DNA of 64,000 bases from the human T2T-CHM13v2.0 reference genome, Homo sapiens (GCF_009914755.1 NC_060947.1); one strand, 5' to 3'. Shown: positions 22,060 to 48,383, numbered from the stretch's first letter. The notes: a model not told the origin generated them from the letters alone. Translations and numbers: made by a program.

Positions 22060-22305
22060 TAAACAGGACCTATGGTTGCAAGTGAGAGAAAGCAACTCAA
22101 ACTAAGCAAAAATAAATAAATAAATAAATAAAGCCAGGCACAGTGGCTCAAGCCTGCAATCCCAGTGCTTTGGGAGGCCAAGGCAGACAGATCACGAGGT
22201 CAGGAGTTTGAGACCAGCCTGACCAACATGGTGAAACCCCATCTCTACTAAAAATACAAAAATTAGCTGGGCGTGGTGGTGCATGCCTGTAATCCCAGCT
22301 ACTCA

Positions 22306-22410
<105 letters not shown>

Positions 22411-22808
22411 TCAGAAAAAAAAAAAGGAATGTGTTTGGTCCAAACAACTGGAAAGTCGTCGGATCTGACTTTAGTCATGACTAGATCCAAGAGTAAATAG
22501 TCACCAGGCTCTTGTCATTCCATCCCTTGATTATGGAGGAGGAATACAGTCAAACTCATCCAAAGCACATAGAATATATTTCTCAGTGGAAAGAGGGCTT
22601 ATCAGATGAAGGGGAAATGAGTCCTGGGAAGACAAAAACAGCAAATATCCACCAGACTGTGAGATTTTGAAGATTAAAAACCATGTCAGGCTGGGCAAGG
22701 TGGCTCATGCCTATAATCCTAGCACTTTGGGAGGCCGAGGTGGGCGGATCACCTGAAGTTGGGAGTTTGAGACCAGCCTGGCCAACATGGAGAAACTTGT
22801 CTCTACTA

Positions 22809-23238
<430 letters not shown>

Positions 23239-23429
23239 TAACGTTTCATCTCCAGTTCTATGCCTGCAATTTACTGACATTCAGTACGTGTTTGCTGAAT
23301 GAATAGGACAAGTATATCTGGTATCTTTATACTGAACACATCAAAACAAGCTCATTCCCTAAATGCAAAGGGAATGAGGGAATGAACTGGATTTCCTAGT
23401 GACCATGCCCACACTGGCTTTTAGGCTGT

Positions 23430-24447
<1,018 letters not shown>

Positions 24448-24507
24448 TCAAAACAACAACAAAAAAAACAAAACTAAACTAAAAAAAAAAAACAAAAAAC
24501 AAGCACC

Positions 24508-25275
<768 letters not shown>

Positions 25276-26258
25276 TATGCCTCAGGCTGAAACCACCTGG
25301 GCGTGTACTGGGACTCCCTCTGGGATAATGGCTTTGTCCATGGGTACAAATCACCTATAGGAGTATGAAAGACTGGCCGCCACTCCAGTCCTTGCGATTA
25401 CTAATTTTCAGTAGATGATCAGGTGGTAATGACCACATGGCTGTCTTTCATTTAGGACTGACCCATTCAGACCTAGTAAACCCCTCGGGGGGAAGAGAGG
25501 GAGCCAGAGAGAGAGAGAGAGAATATGAAACCGGACTGCCTACTAATTTGGGTATGTGTGTTTTTGACCAATTAATTTCATTACAGCAAAGTGACACTGG
25601 TACCTTAAGCTGGTCAAGAGGTCATACCTACTACAATTTTAATATACTAACTTGTGTGTCTGCCTGTCTCACAACCCAGATTAGAAACTCTTTTGAGGAC
25701 AGGACCCATCTTATCTGGCTTCCCCAAAGGATTTCACGACATGGCTCCTTGGAGCAAGGGATTTAAATTGCTCTGGCATGTGGCCTTAGATACGGTACTT
25801 AATTGTGCCAGACTTTAGTGTCTTCATCTCAGATTAACAGGATTCAATGAAATTATTATGTCCTGAATCTAGAAGGATGCTCAATACATGTTAGTTCCTT
25901 TCTTTCCCGTACACGGATTCTCCCCACCCCACCCTTCCCCATTTACCTTATTTATTTCCCATGAGCCCTTCCTCTTCCCAACTCCTCAGGATCGTAATGC
26001 TCCAGGACTTCCCTCAGCCCTGCAGGTCTGCTTCCCACAGGGAGTTTCACTGCTTCAACTGCAGGTAGGAGCTGGGAAGGCAGGAAGGAGCCAGAGTCCT
26101 CCTGACTGAAAGGAACGGGGAGCTGGGCTGCCCTGGGGTTAGGGGTGAGGTGAGTTGCTACAGCAAGTTAAATCCCTTTCATTTATTGATGAAACAAATA
26201 TTGATTGCCTCTCACCAGGTCCCATGCACTGTGCAAAAAGCTGGGGACACAGCAGTGA

Positions 26259-26675
<417 letters not shown>

Positions 26676-26816
26676 TAAAAGACTAACAAATAAAATATAA
26701 TAGAGTGATAGTGCAACAAGGAAAACAAAACTACCTTCTCCTGGTTGGTCAGGACACACCCAAACAAAGGTCAATTTAGGTCAGACCTGGATGACAAGGA
26801 GCTAGCCTCACAAAGT

Positions 26817-26955
26817 TGTGGGGGCAGTCCTGTGCACTGCGAGATGCTCAGCAGCATCTCTGGCCTCTACCCACAAGATGCCAGTAGCATGCCCCTCCTA
26901 AGGTGACACAACCCAAAATGCCTAGGGGACATGATGGCCTGACTGAGAACCACTG
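26817..26955 (+). mobile_element. MER20 hAT-Charlie fragment
   Basis: gggggcagtcctgtgcactgc...agcagcatctctggcctctaccca...gatgccagtagc...tgagaaccactg. Confidence 0.8.
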
Positions 26956-27989
26956 GGTTAAGGCAAGGGCATTCCCAGCAGGAGAAACCAGCAAGTGCAA
27001 GGAAGGAAGAAGGCCCCAGCCTGCCTGGCCTCACCAGCTCCCGCTGCCCTGCCTGCTAGGTGAATCTGTCAACTGTGGCAAAGTAGCAACTGATGCTCAG
27101 AGTGGAGAGGGGTAATAAACCAGGAAGTGAGACTGGCCAACTGGGGGTGAATACTTCCTGGTTCAACACTTCAGCTGTGGGCTGCTCATCTTCCCCACTC
27201 ACAGTCTGAGACTGAGGCCAGACAGTCTCTGAATACATCAGGGCACACAGTCAAGTAGGTACCATGGGTGAGTCTGGGCTATGTATTGCTTCCCTGAAGA
27301 GGACTCCTTGCTGCCCAGGGAACTCAGAGAAGGGCCAGGCAGTCACTTTTCTATCATTTGAGACCAGATTTTTTCTTTTTTTTTGAGACACAATCTTGTT
27401 CTGTTGCCCAGGCTGCAGTGCAGTGGCATGATCTCTGCTCACTGCAACCATCTGCCTCCCAGGTTCAAGCGATTCTCCTGCCTCAGCCTCCCGAGTAGCT
27501 GGAACTACAGGCGTGCACCAGCATGCCTGGCTAATCTTTTTATAATTTTAGTAGAGATGGGGCTTCACCATGTTGGCCAGGCTGGTCTCCAACTCCTGAC
27601 CTCAGATGATCCACCTGCCTTGACCTCCCAAAGTGCTGGGATTACAGGCGTGAGCCACTGCACCTGGCCGAGACCAGATTTTTAGTTGCTTTTAGCAGCT
27701 GCCTTAGTTACTGGAAAAAGTAAATCCAAACAACTCTAACTCAAATTTATATCCTGTCAATTCATTATCTCCATCATTGGTTTCCTAGAAATAGGTAATG
27801 AAATTAAATAAGCCATGAAGAGATAAACAATTGAGCCAGTACCACCTGAACTCTCTAAGTATATTTTGATTATACCTTGAGGATGTTCTCATTTAGAGAC
27901 TATATGCAACACTATATGGTACAGAAAAGGGTGTTGGGGCAGAGTTCAGATAACAGGGGTGCTGCTCGGGCAACGCAGGACAGTCTTTT

Positions 27990-31985
<3,996 letters not shown>

Positions 31986-32566
31986 GAAAGTCTAACAGAT
32001 TTAGTTACGACATTTAGGTGTATGATTCCACACAGACTTCTAAAAGTCTCACCTATTTGGTAGTGCTTTCCCAGGGAAATATTTATGGCACCACTAAGAA
32101 ACAAACAATTAAACTATTGTGTTTAAAACAAAATGTGCAATGTGTGCTCTTTAGCATTCTGATCTAGGCTGAGAACAATATTTGAAATGAGCCAGTGCTC
32201 TCTCTGTAGGACAAATAAATGCTTTCATAAAGACGTCACTTTTGAATGGAGTGCAGTTTATGACCTATTTACTTATGAACCAGCCCAAACCGCTTGCCTC
32301 CATAGCGTGAGGGAAGGAAGAAAGACTCTACTGTGAGAATCAGGAAAAAAACCCAATCACTAATTTGGTCTAAACAAGGGAGCTTAGAGTTTTCTGTGGC
32401 TTTCAAAAACTACTTTCTCTTTGCTTGAAGAAGATGAATAAAAACAGTTTTTTTAATGTCTTGTGACCTGGAAATATTTAATGTAAATATAATGGTCCTT
32501 TTATTTATGTTCTTCTAAAGCTGATGGCAAGATGGCATGACATAAAACAAACACCATCTTAACATG

Positions 32567-33420
32567 CTGTTTTCGGTGGTGGGTCCTCAAGATTTGCTTA
32601 AAATGACTCAAAGGACTCAACATACATGTTCTCATGCCTTAGGTTTATCCTAACAAAGGATTCATGACAGGACCAGCAAAGGAAAAAGACACAGCAGAGT
32701 CTGGAGAAATCCACACACAGGCTTCCCATGCTTTCTCCCTCCCAACCCGGGAGGGCACACGTTGAGCATGCTCCCTTCTCCAGCAGCAAAACTGAAGCCA
32801 CACGTGTGCAATGCTTCTGCCCAGAGAAGCCTATCAGAGATTCACCGCCAAAGCCTTTTTTTGTTTTGTTTTGAGACAGAATCTCGCTCTGTCACCCAGG
32901 CTGAAGTGCAGTGGCATGATCACGGCTCACTACAGCCTCAAACTCCTGGGCTCAAGTGATTCTCCTGCCTTGGCCTCCTGAGTAGCTGAGACTGCAGGCG
33001 CGTGCCACCACACCTGGCTAATTTTTGTGTTTTTAGTAGAGATGGGGTTTCACCATGTTGGTCAGGCTGGTCTCAAACTCCTGGCCTCAAGTGATCCACC
33101 TGCCTCGGAAAGTGCTGGGACTACAGGCATGAGCTACCTTGCCCAGCCGGCACCAAAGGGTTTTATTGGAGTCTGGTCATGTAGGCATCTTCTGCCTAGC
33201 AATGACCAAAATTCACCAGATTCACAGAAGGAAGCCAGGCATTTGCCATAACTCACAACGTTTGCACAGTCTCTGTGACCTGATACAACAGAGCTTGGTG
33301 CCCTAGACTTAATGAGCATAGGGAACTTTCGGGAAGCCCAGTTTCCGAAAGGCCAACCCTGCAAGCAGGTCTTTTTGAAGTCAGCAGACTCAGGCTTGCT
33401 ATGGTAACTCTCTCCTGTGT
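32567..33420. mobile_element. MER21-like LTR with Alu insertion
   Basis: ggactcaacatac...cagcaaaggaaaaagacacagcagagtctggagaaatcca...agggttttattggagtctggtcatgtaggca. Confidence 0.7.
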
Positions 33421-33666
33421 AGAGGTCACGTCATTCATGCAAGCTTGAATTTTATGTTTACTTAAGGAAACACTCACCTTAATGTTTATTAATATTCTGA
33501 ATTTGTAATTATTTCAGTGAGCTGAAGTTTATTCCTATCTATGAATTTTAAAAAGTAAGTATATTACTATAGTAAATACTGTCTAATGGCATGTTTAAGC
33601 TGCTAAGGAGCTAATTAAAGGACAGTGGCATAACTTATGAAAATGACATTATTAATTTTTTTTTGA

Positions 33667-33825
<159 letters not shown>

Positions 33826-34173
33826 TAGTAGAGATGGGGTTTCACCATGTTGGTCAGGCTGGTCTCAAACTCCTGACCTCAGGTGACCCACCTGTCTCAG
33901 CCTCCCAAAATGCTGGGATTACAGGTGTGAACCACTGCGCCTGGCCAATGAAAATGATATTATTAATTCTACATTAAACATATCTATTAAAGCAGGACAT
34001 GCAGGATCTCGACTGGCACTACTCTTAGCCAGATGTTCAAATTCCTATTCATGGCCAGGCATAGGGGCTCACGCCTATAATCCCAGCACTTTGGGAGGCT
34101 GAGACGGGCAGATCAACTGAGTTTGGGATTTCGAGACCAGCCTGGCCAACTTAGTGAAACCCTGTCTCTACTA

Positions 34174-34419
<246 letters not shown>

Positions 34420-34830
34420 TTAATGAGCTAGAGGGATACATCAAGGGCTGCTCAAAAGCCCAATTCTGGGCTAATACTTGCTAGACTTGCTAGGGACAGA
34501 AGGTGTTCCAAGCGAAAAACAGTGATCACACAAAGAGAGCATGAGCTAAGTCCTAACAGTAAAACCATACATCTGAAGCCTGTATTCCCTGTTTTACCAG
34601 GCTTGTTTCCTCTGATTACTTTTCTTCCTTACCTAAAAGAGTTAGTGTACACAAAAATTTTAAACTACTGCCTAGGTACACTCATATTTTACTTTTTTTT
34701 TTTTTTTTTTTTTGAGACAGGGTCTTGCTCTGTCACCCAGGCTGGAATGCAGTGGCACAATCTTGGCTCACTGAAGCCTCAACTTCCCAGGCTGAAGTGA
34801 TCCTTCCATCTCAGACTCCCAAGTAGCTGA

Positions 34831-35164
<334 letters not shown>

Positions 35165-37034
35165 TAATTTTGAAATTTGTTTTGTAGAGTTGGGGGTCTC
35201 ACTATGTTGCCCAGGCTGGTCTCAAACTCCTAGGCTCAAGTGATCCTCCTGTCTTGGCCTCCCAAAGTATTAAGATTACAGGTATGAGCCACCTCTCCTG
35301 GCAACATTCATATTTTAGACAAACATCCTTGGGTGCTTCTTTGCACAAGACCAAAATACAAAATCAGTATCTACCACAGATTGTACATTATGATAATGCT
35401 GCCTGTAACTACTCTGATTGTTTCATGTACTTACTTTGTCTTTGAATCTGAATTGTAAAAGGTATTTCTCTACCTGCCCACCATAACAAAGTATCTACAC
35501 CAGGCATTCAGTGAGTGCTTAATAAATCTAAGGGGGAGAAGCCATAGAGATTGAAGGCCTTTAGAGAGTTCCTCTTTTTTAGATTTGGAAGTTAGAAACA
35601 GAGACATGTACTCTGAGGTTGAGGACAAACAAATCAAATACCTATGCATATCCTATAGAGGTTTTGATTGAAACAGAATCAATGCAATTTTGAACTTTCA
35701 AGAATTCACACATTCACAATGTATATATCACTGCATTAGATCAGCACTATGGGAACACTAAGAAGAAGGACATTTGTCCTGGCCTCAGGAAGATTATAGC
35801 CTACTAGGGGAGATCAGGTATGAACAAACAAGGGTAGAACAGGCATGAAGCCATAAGAAATCTAGAATGTGATCTAGGAGTTCAGAGAGAAAAGGTTTTC
35901 ATGTCTGGAAAGTCAGTTCTTCAGAAAGGTACCAGTGATGGTGAATTCAACAGAAGTACAAGTAAGTTTAAAAGGGTATCAAAGGGTACAGGCTTTTCCT
36001 ACATCTCACATCCTGCACATAAATGAGTAACAAGAACAGAACGTGTCCCAACGGGAAAACAGCAATCACACAAAGAAGACTGTTAGTAGTAAGTTAAGCA
36101 TCTTTAGGTCAGCAGGACCACAAAGAGCCAGTAACACAACATGAGGAATGGAAAACAATACCATGTTTGTTTGGTAAGATAGAGAGGAAGTATGGAAAGG
36201 AGAGGAGGTACAAACAGGAGACAAGTGGGGTGTATGAGGAAGGAAAGGCTCCCAGGAGCACGATGCTTCCAGTTCTGAAGAGCACCTGCAAGGGGAACAA
36301 CACACTAAGTGGTCTCTGCTTTTCTTCATAAAATGACACAACTTCCAATCCAGGGAAACAGGTCCACCAACAGGTCACAGCTTCCCTCTTGAGCAATGGT
36401 GTAACTGAGGGTTGTATTCCTGACAAAAGATTCAGAAAATGAATCAGCTTTTTAAAATTTTGTTGAGACAGGGTCTCACTGTCACCCAGGCTGGAGTGCA
36501 GTGGTGCAATCACAGCTCACTACAGCCTTGACCTCTGGGGCTCAAGTGATCCTCCCACTTCTGCCTTCTGAGAAGCTGGGACTACAGGAACACATCAGCA
36601 CAACTGGCTAATTTTTGTATTTGTTGTAGAGACAGAGTTTCACCATGTTGGCCAGGAGGTGTCTTGAACTCCTGGGCTCAAGTGATCCACTCATCTCAGC
36701 TTCCCAAAGTGCTAGAATTACAGGCATAAGCCACCACACCTGTTATTTTTTTTTTATTCCCCTTGGAGACGGGGTCTCACTGTCGCCCAGGCTGGAGTGC
36801 AGTGGCACAATCATGGCTCACTGCAGACTCGATCTCCTGAGTTCAAGTGACCCTGCTGAGTAGCTGGTACTATAGGCACATGTCACTAAGCCCAGCTAAT
36901 TTTTAATTTTTTATAGAGATGGGGGTCTCTCTCTGTTGCCCAGGCTGGTCTCAAACTGCTGGGCTCAAGCGATCTTCCCATCTTGGCCTCCCAAAGTGCT
37001 AGGATTACAGGCATGAGCCACTGCACCTGGCTGA

Positions 37035-37310
<276 letters not shown>

Positions 37311-38126
37311 TGAGTAGCATTATAGGCACCTACCACCATGCCCAGCTAATTTTTCTATTTTTTAGTAGAGACGAGTTTTCGCCATGTTGAACTCCTGACT
37401 GCAAGTGATCCACCTGCCTAGGCCTCCCAAAGTGCTGAGATTACAGGCTTGAGCCACCACACCTGGCCAAATTCAAGAGTTTTAATACTAACTTCCTTGC
37501 CTTTTGTAGAATTCGCTTCTAAATATTTTCATTATTTTTATTCATGTCAATGTTACATGGGTACAGAGTTTCAAACAATTCCGCTGAGTCTGTTGTGAAA
37601 AACAAGTCCCATTGTCTCCCTCTCTCCATCCTTTTTTCTTTTGCTTTCTTTTAGTGATAGAGTCTCCCGCTACATTGCCCAGGCTGGTCTCAAACTCCTC
37701 CGCCATCCTTTTCTTACGTGCTAATGCTACATAAAAATCTCTTTCTTCCCGTCTTCCTGGGGTTTCAGGAGTTACAGTTATGTATGTATTCACACATACC
37801 ATTATCTGGAAGCCATTCTCTCATAATTTAGAAGGGATATGGGAGATAAATTAAACAGCTGATATTAAAAAGCTGATGCTTTTTCTGTAGTAAACAACAC
37901 ATTTAAAATCACCCTCTGACCATACACAAATTTGGGGTTCCTCCTAACAAAATCCCAGTGTTATGTCATCTAAGCATTTGAAGGGCTCACTATGACTTTG
38001 AGTGTGGAGAGCAGTCTTTGAATCCTCTATTTTTCTCCTTCTTTGCCTTTCCCTTGTTCTTCTATGTGTTCTCTACACCTATCAACAAATCAGCATTGAA
38101 CAGTGAGTCTCACCAGGCATACCTGA

Positions 38127-38429
<303 letters not shown>

Positions 38430-38940
38430 TAAGTGCTGGGATTACAGGCATGAGCCACTGCGCCTGGCCTGTCTTAAGATTATTTCACAGGTTGTAGGTG
38501 GGCAGGAAAAAGAGTTACTTCCTTGGCTGTCCTTCTGTCTTCCAGAGTCACAGCTAAAGACCAGCGACAAAACTCTCTAGTCAGTTAAGATAAAGGCCCC
38601 TACATGTGAAATACAGATGACTTATTCTGCACTGCTAAGTGAATGAAATGTGAAACACTTGCTTATAAAAACAAACTTTTCTTCCACCCGGGCATTTCCT
38701 TGGCTATCATTTCATAAACACAAATAAGCCTGAACTTTGGTCACATCTAGAGTTTGACCTAACTGTATACCCTTAGTGTTATGTGCTGGTTAATTACAGG
38801 TTGAGCAACCCTAGTACAAAAATCTGAAATCCAAAACACTCCAAAATCCAAAATTTTTTGAACACAGACATGATGCCACAAGTGGAAAATTCCGTATCTT
38901 ACCTTGTGTGACAGGTTACAGTCAAAATATAGTGAAAACT

Positions 38941-39359
<419 letters not shown>

Positions 39360-39462
39360 TCACTTGAGGCCAGGAGTTTGGGATCAGCCTGGTGAATATA
39401 CTGAAACTTCGTCTCTACTAAAAACACAAAAAATTAGCTGGGTGTGGTGACACATGCCTTTA

Positions 39463-39651
<189 letters not shown>

Positions 39652-40050
39652 TTAATGCACAAAAGTATTAAAAATATTTTATAAAACTACCTTCACCCTA
39701 AGTGTATAAGGTGCAAGTGAAACAAATGAATTTCATGTTTTTAGACTTGGGTCCCATCCCCAAGATATCTCAGTATGTATATGCAAATATTCCGAAATCT
39801 AAAAAAATTCCAAAATCCAAAATATTTCTGGTCCTAAGCATTTTGGATAAGGGATACTCAATCTGTACTGACTTGAAAGTTGAATATATCAGAAGGGAAA
39901 CAAAACATCAGACAAGAGAAGGTTTACAGGGTGAAAACCAAAACCTGAAGCAAGTTTCTTTCAACCTCTGGTGAATGAAACCATGATTTCAAATACTTAC
40001 TTTAAATGAAAATCAAGCCATAAGGAGACTTTAGTCCCACAAATGTACTA

Positions 40051-41084
<1,034 letters not shown>

Positions 41085-43039
41085 CTATCTATTACTTTTT
41101 CTGAATTCAAGGATTCTGAATTATATCTTTAGACTAAGAAAAATAAGTAATATTCACTGCATGGCCTAATTTTACCTGTCATTGATTTGCTATTTAACCT
41201 CGAGCAAGTCACATTTTTCCATCTGTATATGTGAACACAGGCATTTTGCCTACATTTTGAACTTTTTCTTTTTCTTTTTTTTTTTTAGACAGGGTCTTGC
41301 TCTTTCGCCCAGGCTGGAGTGCAGCAGTGTGATCTTGGCTCAATGCAACCTCCTCCTCCTGGGTTCAAGCTATTCTCCTGCCTCAGCCTCCTGAGTAGCT
41401 GGGATTACAGGCACCCGCTATCATGCCCAGCAAATTTTTGTATTTTTAGTAGAGACAACAGTCACTATGTTGGCCAGGCTGGCCTTGAACTCCTGACTTC
41501 AAGCGATCTGCCCGTCTTGGCCTCCCAAAGTTACAGGCATGAGCCACTATGCCTGGCCTTCTTTCTCTTTTTGTTTTTTTTTTCGAGACAAAGTCTCACT
41601 CTGTTGCCTAGGCTGGAGTGCAGTGGATTGATCTTGGCTCACTGCAAACTCTGCCTCCTGGGTTCAGGCAATTTTTGTGCCACAGACACCCAAGTAGCTG
41701 GGACTACAGGTGTGCACCACCACGCCTGGCTAATTTTTGTATTTTTAGTAGAGACAGGGTTTCACCATGTTGTCCAGGCTGGTCTCAAACTCCTGGCCTT
41801 AAGTGATTCACCCACCTCGGCCTCCCAAAGTGTTAAGATTACAGGCGTGAGCCACCGCACCTGGCCTAAAATGTTTTAAAGCAATGTTTCAATACTGAGT
41901 AAAAAACTAAAAATGGGAGGTAATATCTTAGATAGGAGGCACTCAAATTATTGATTAATGACCTGAGCATGCTGACGTGTAGGCCATTTCTTCTTAATCT
42001 TCTCTAGATCAGGCAATTGCAAGGAAGAAACTCATGGAATCGCTACTTTCCAGAGGTGACATGGGAGGCCAAGCCAAATGGAGAAAGCCTGAAATAACAG
42101 CATATTTATAATGAGATATAGGCATGGCTTTCACATATTTGAGTGATTGGCATAGTAACACAAAAGTACTTTGGCATAAAAGGAAATAAAAGACTTCTGG
42201 GTGACTATGGAGAACATTCTAGGGACAAATTTGCTTCAGCTCATTAATCTGGTAACAATGCTCCCTCTGTTCCTGCCATTTTGGCTCTCTTAAATATATA
42301 TAACATGAATATGTGCATATCCATCTGTGTATTGCTATCTTACTGACTGCTATCAGTTCTGGAAGGTCAATGATTAGGAATTCAATGATGATACAAGTAT
42401 ACAAGGAAGACTTAGAGTTCCCAAATCTAATTGAAATCTGGAAATTCTAAATTCTCTTTGACATTCTGTTCCCCTGTCATCCTCACTGGCTGGCTGGCTG
42501 ACAAGTCAAAAGAGGCTCCTGCAGTGGGAATACAGAGTTCAATGAGCTGTGCATTCAGGGCCACAGAGGAGGAGAATACAAGCCATACACATACAGAGAA
42601 CCCAAACACACACCACATCCCCATTCATCCACTGGCAGAGGACAGAGACTTCTTCATTCTGAATCTCCCACTGGCATTCAAGAATTGCAAGTTCTGTACA
42701 AACTAGGAGGTGACAGCCACAACAAGGGGTCACTGTTACTGTTTCCTTTTATATGTCTTCTAATCATCGTCAGGGAAACTGTATTACTTACAAGTTTTGT
42801 TCCTTGTGCTAGTTATTGAAGCATCTCTCGGACTCCAGAGCTACTCTTCTATACTATGTGTTGTGGGGCCCAGACTCAGCAGGCTGTGAGCTGATACTTC
42901 CCTAAGAGTTACCTGTTGTCTTTAACTCACATACACCATCCATACCACACACACACACAAACATGCACCACACACACAAACCATGCATACACACACACCA
43001 TACACACTTAGACCATCACTCAGTGATATCGGATTTTTT

Positions 43040-43293
43040 TTTTTAACTTGGGTTTTAATTAGGTACATAAATAGCAACATGAGAATGAGGAGTTCTAAGG
43101 CTTGTACATTATCTCTAGGTGAAGGGATTCCAGGTTAGTTTGCTTGTAGGATGATTTCACAGAAGATAACAGAGGTCTGGTCTAGTTTTTCCTGAAGAAG
43201 AAAGCCAATTTAATACATTCAATACTGACTTCTATGCCATTTTTCTGTAGAAATACTGATTTATTCTATGGAGTTTCCAATGTTTACCTATAA
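43040..43293 (-). other. APOO: APOO terminal non-coding exon (3'UTR)
   Basis: Strong acceptor on minus strand (gtttttcttttctttcttttag|ttatag) at 43294-43295; repeat-free AT-rich segment ending in ATTAAA (43059-43054) with a GT-rich tract downstream. The 3' end coordinate is approximate. Confidence 0.8.
43054..43059 (-). terminator. APOO: APOO polyadenylation signal ATTAAA
   Basis: + strand tttaat at 43054-43059; TGTA motifs upstream and a (GT)-rich downstream element at about 42928-43008 on the minus strand. Confidence 0.75.
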
Positions 43294-43367
43294 CTAAAAG
43301 AAAGAAAAGAAAAACATAAGTAACTGTGCCAGAAAAAATTTTGCATTATGAAAATTCTTCAGATTTA

Positions 43368-43663
<296 letters not shown>

Positions 43664-43889
43664 TCAAAATAAATAAATAAATAGAGAAACCATAGAAAAT
43701 ATTTACATCACCATTATATGACCATAAGAAACATGAGCCAGAGAAAACTGTAATTATTCCCATTTTAAAGACAGTTAAACTAAGAATCAGAAAGGTCGAG
43801 TGTGGTGGCTCATGCCTGTAATCCCAGCACTTTAGGAGGCCGAGGCAGGTGGATCATCTGTGGTCAGGAGTTCGAGACCAGCCTGGCTA

Positions 43890-44141
<252 letters not shown>

Positions 44142-44298
44142 TCAATTGGCTGTGTATCTGAGTGTAATTAACCAACTAGATGGATGAATAAATAAAAAAC
44201 AAATGCCTAAATGGCACAGTACACATCACATCTGAAGATTAAACAACTACATTTCCATCTATCTGCTGGAAAGCATGATTACATCACCCTCAGTTTGA

Positions 44299-44640
<342 letters not shown>

Positions 44641-44741
44641 TGATCTGCTTGCCTCAGCTTCCCAAAGTGCTGGGATTACAGCCGTGAGCCACCACGCCTG
44701 GCTTTTTTTCATAATTTGTAATGAATATACTCAGCAATTAG

Positions 44742-44870
<129 letters not shown>

Positions 44871-45739
44871 TAGCTGGGATTACAGGCAGGCGCCACCACG
44901 CCCGGCTAATTTTTTGTATTTTTAGTAGAGATGTGGTTTCACCATGTTGGGCAGGCTGGTCTCGAACTCCTGACCTGAGGTGATTCACCCGCCTCAGCCT
45001 CCCAAAGTGCTGGGATTACAGGTATGAGCCACCGTGCCCGGCACAATTGGAGATTTCTAAATATTTTAGAGGCCAGTGACTATTCACTTGATCTTTTAAT
45101 ATACAACCAAAAATTCTTAAACATGTAAACTACTAGCTTATTTTTTCTATCTCAGTTTATTAATCTGCTTTTGTCTTCCCCAGGAATTTGATAGATTTAT
45201 TGCATTGTTAAAAACTAAAAACTGGAAACAACCTATGTTGGTAAGGATTAAGTAGATCATGGTAGTCCATACTAGGAAATCATTAAGCAACTAGAGAAGG
45301 AATGCGTAGCTCTATTAAGTACTGACAGGGAAATACTTACACAATATGTTATGTAAAACAAGTTCATTCATTCATCAGCATAGATTAATATAGTACTGTC
45401 TATGGCAAAAAAAAAAAATGAACCTAAGTCTAATTAAGCCTTCGGATCCAACTATAAGTTTATGGGAAATATAGAGAAGAAAGAAACCAAGAGATAAACA
45501 GAATGATACTAAATGGATACATTCGGCCACAGCCAGAACATGAGAAATTCTTTTTTTCCCCTCCCAGCTCAATCCTTGTAGAAAACAGGAATTCTAAAGG
45601 ACAAATAAGCCAGGTTTTTCAACAGATAAATAGCAAGGGACAATGAGGGAGCGGAAACTATTACAGTTCTAAGAGACCTATCAGTCAAACACAACAGGCA
45701 GATCTTGTTTGGATCCTGGTTCAAACGAACCAACTGTAA

Positions 45740-46230
<491 letters not shown>

Positions 46231-46309
46231 TGATCCGCCCACCTCAGCTTCCCAAAGTGCTGGGACCACAGGCGTGAGCCACCACGCCCAGCCCCAGCCT
46301 AATTTCTTT

Positions 46310-47028
<719 letters not shown>

Positions 47029-47323
47029 CTAATTTCTTTATGTATGATAATATAATTACAATTATATGCCTTCAGTAAGTTTTCTGTGCAGCTACTCAGA
47101 AGGGTGAAGTGGGAGGATCACCTAAACCCAGGAGTTGAAGTCCAGCCTGGGTAACACAGCAAGATCCCATCCCCCCAGATAAATAACAGTAAAAAGAAAG
47201 TTTTCTGTGAACTTGTAAAACAATATGTGGAATATGATCCCATTTTGTCAAAAAACCAAAAACATGCATGTATGCATGAATATATTATAAATGTATAAAT
47301 AAATTTATTTAATTTATAAATAA

Positions 47324-47467
<144 letters not shown>

Positions 47468-47639
47468 TAACTGGGACTACAGGTGTTCGTCATCACACTC
47501 AGCTAATTTTTTTAATTTTTTGTAGAGACAGGGTTTCGCCATATTGCCCAGGCTGTTCTCGAACTGCCAGACTCATATAATCCACCTACCTCAGCCTCCC
47601 AAAGTGCTAGGAGTACAGGTGTGAGCCACTGCACCCGGC

Positions 47640-47640
<1 letters not shown>

Positions 47641-47690
<50 letters not shown>
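47641..47690 (+). repeat. (TATC)12 tetranucleotide STR
   Basis: Twelve perfect TATC units. Confidence 0.95.
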
Positions 47691-47691
<1 letters not shown>

Positions 47692-47735
47692 ATTTAAAAG
47701 TCTGGAATGATATACCAAACTATTAACAAAAATTA

Positions 47736-47858
<123 letters not shown>

Positions 47859-47960
47859 CTAAAACCCTGTCTCTACTAAAAAATACAAAATTAGCTGGGC
47901 ATGGTGGTGCATGCCTGTAATCCCAGCTACTTGGGAGGCTGAGGCAGGAGAATGACTTGA

Positions 47961-48383
<423 letters not shown>

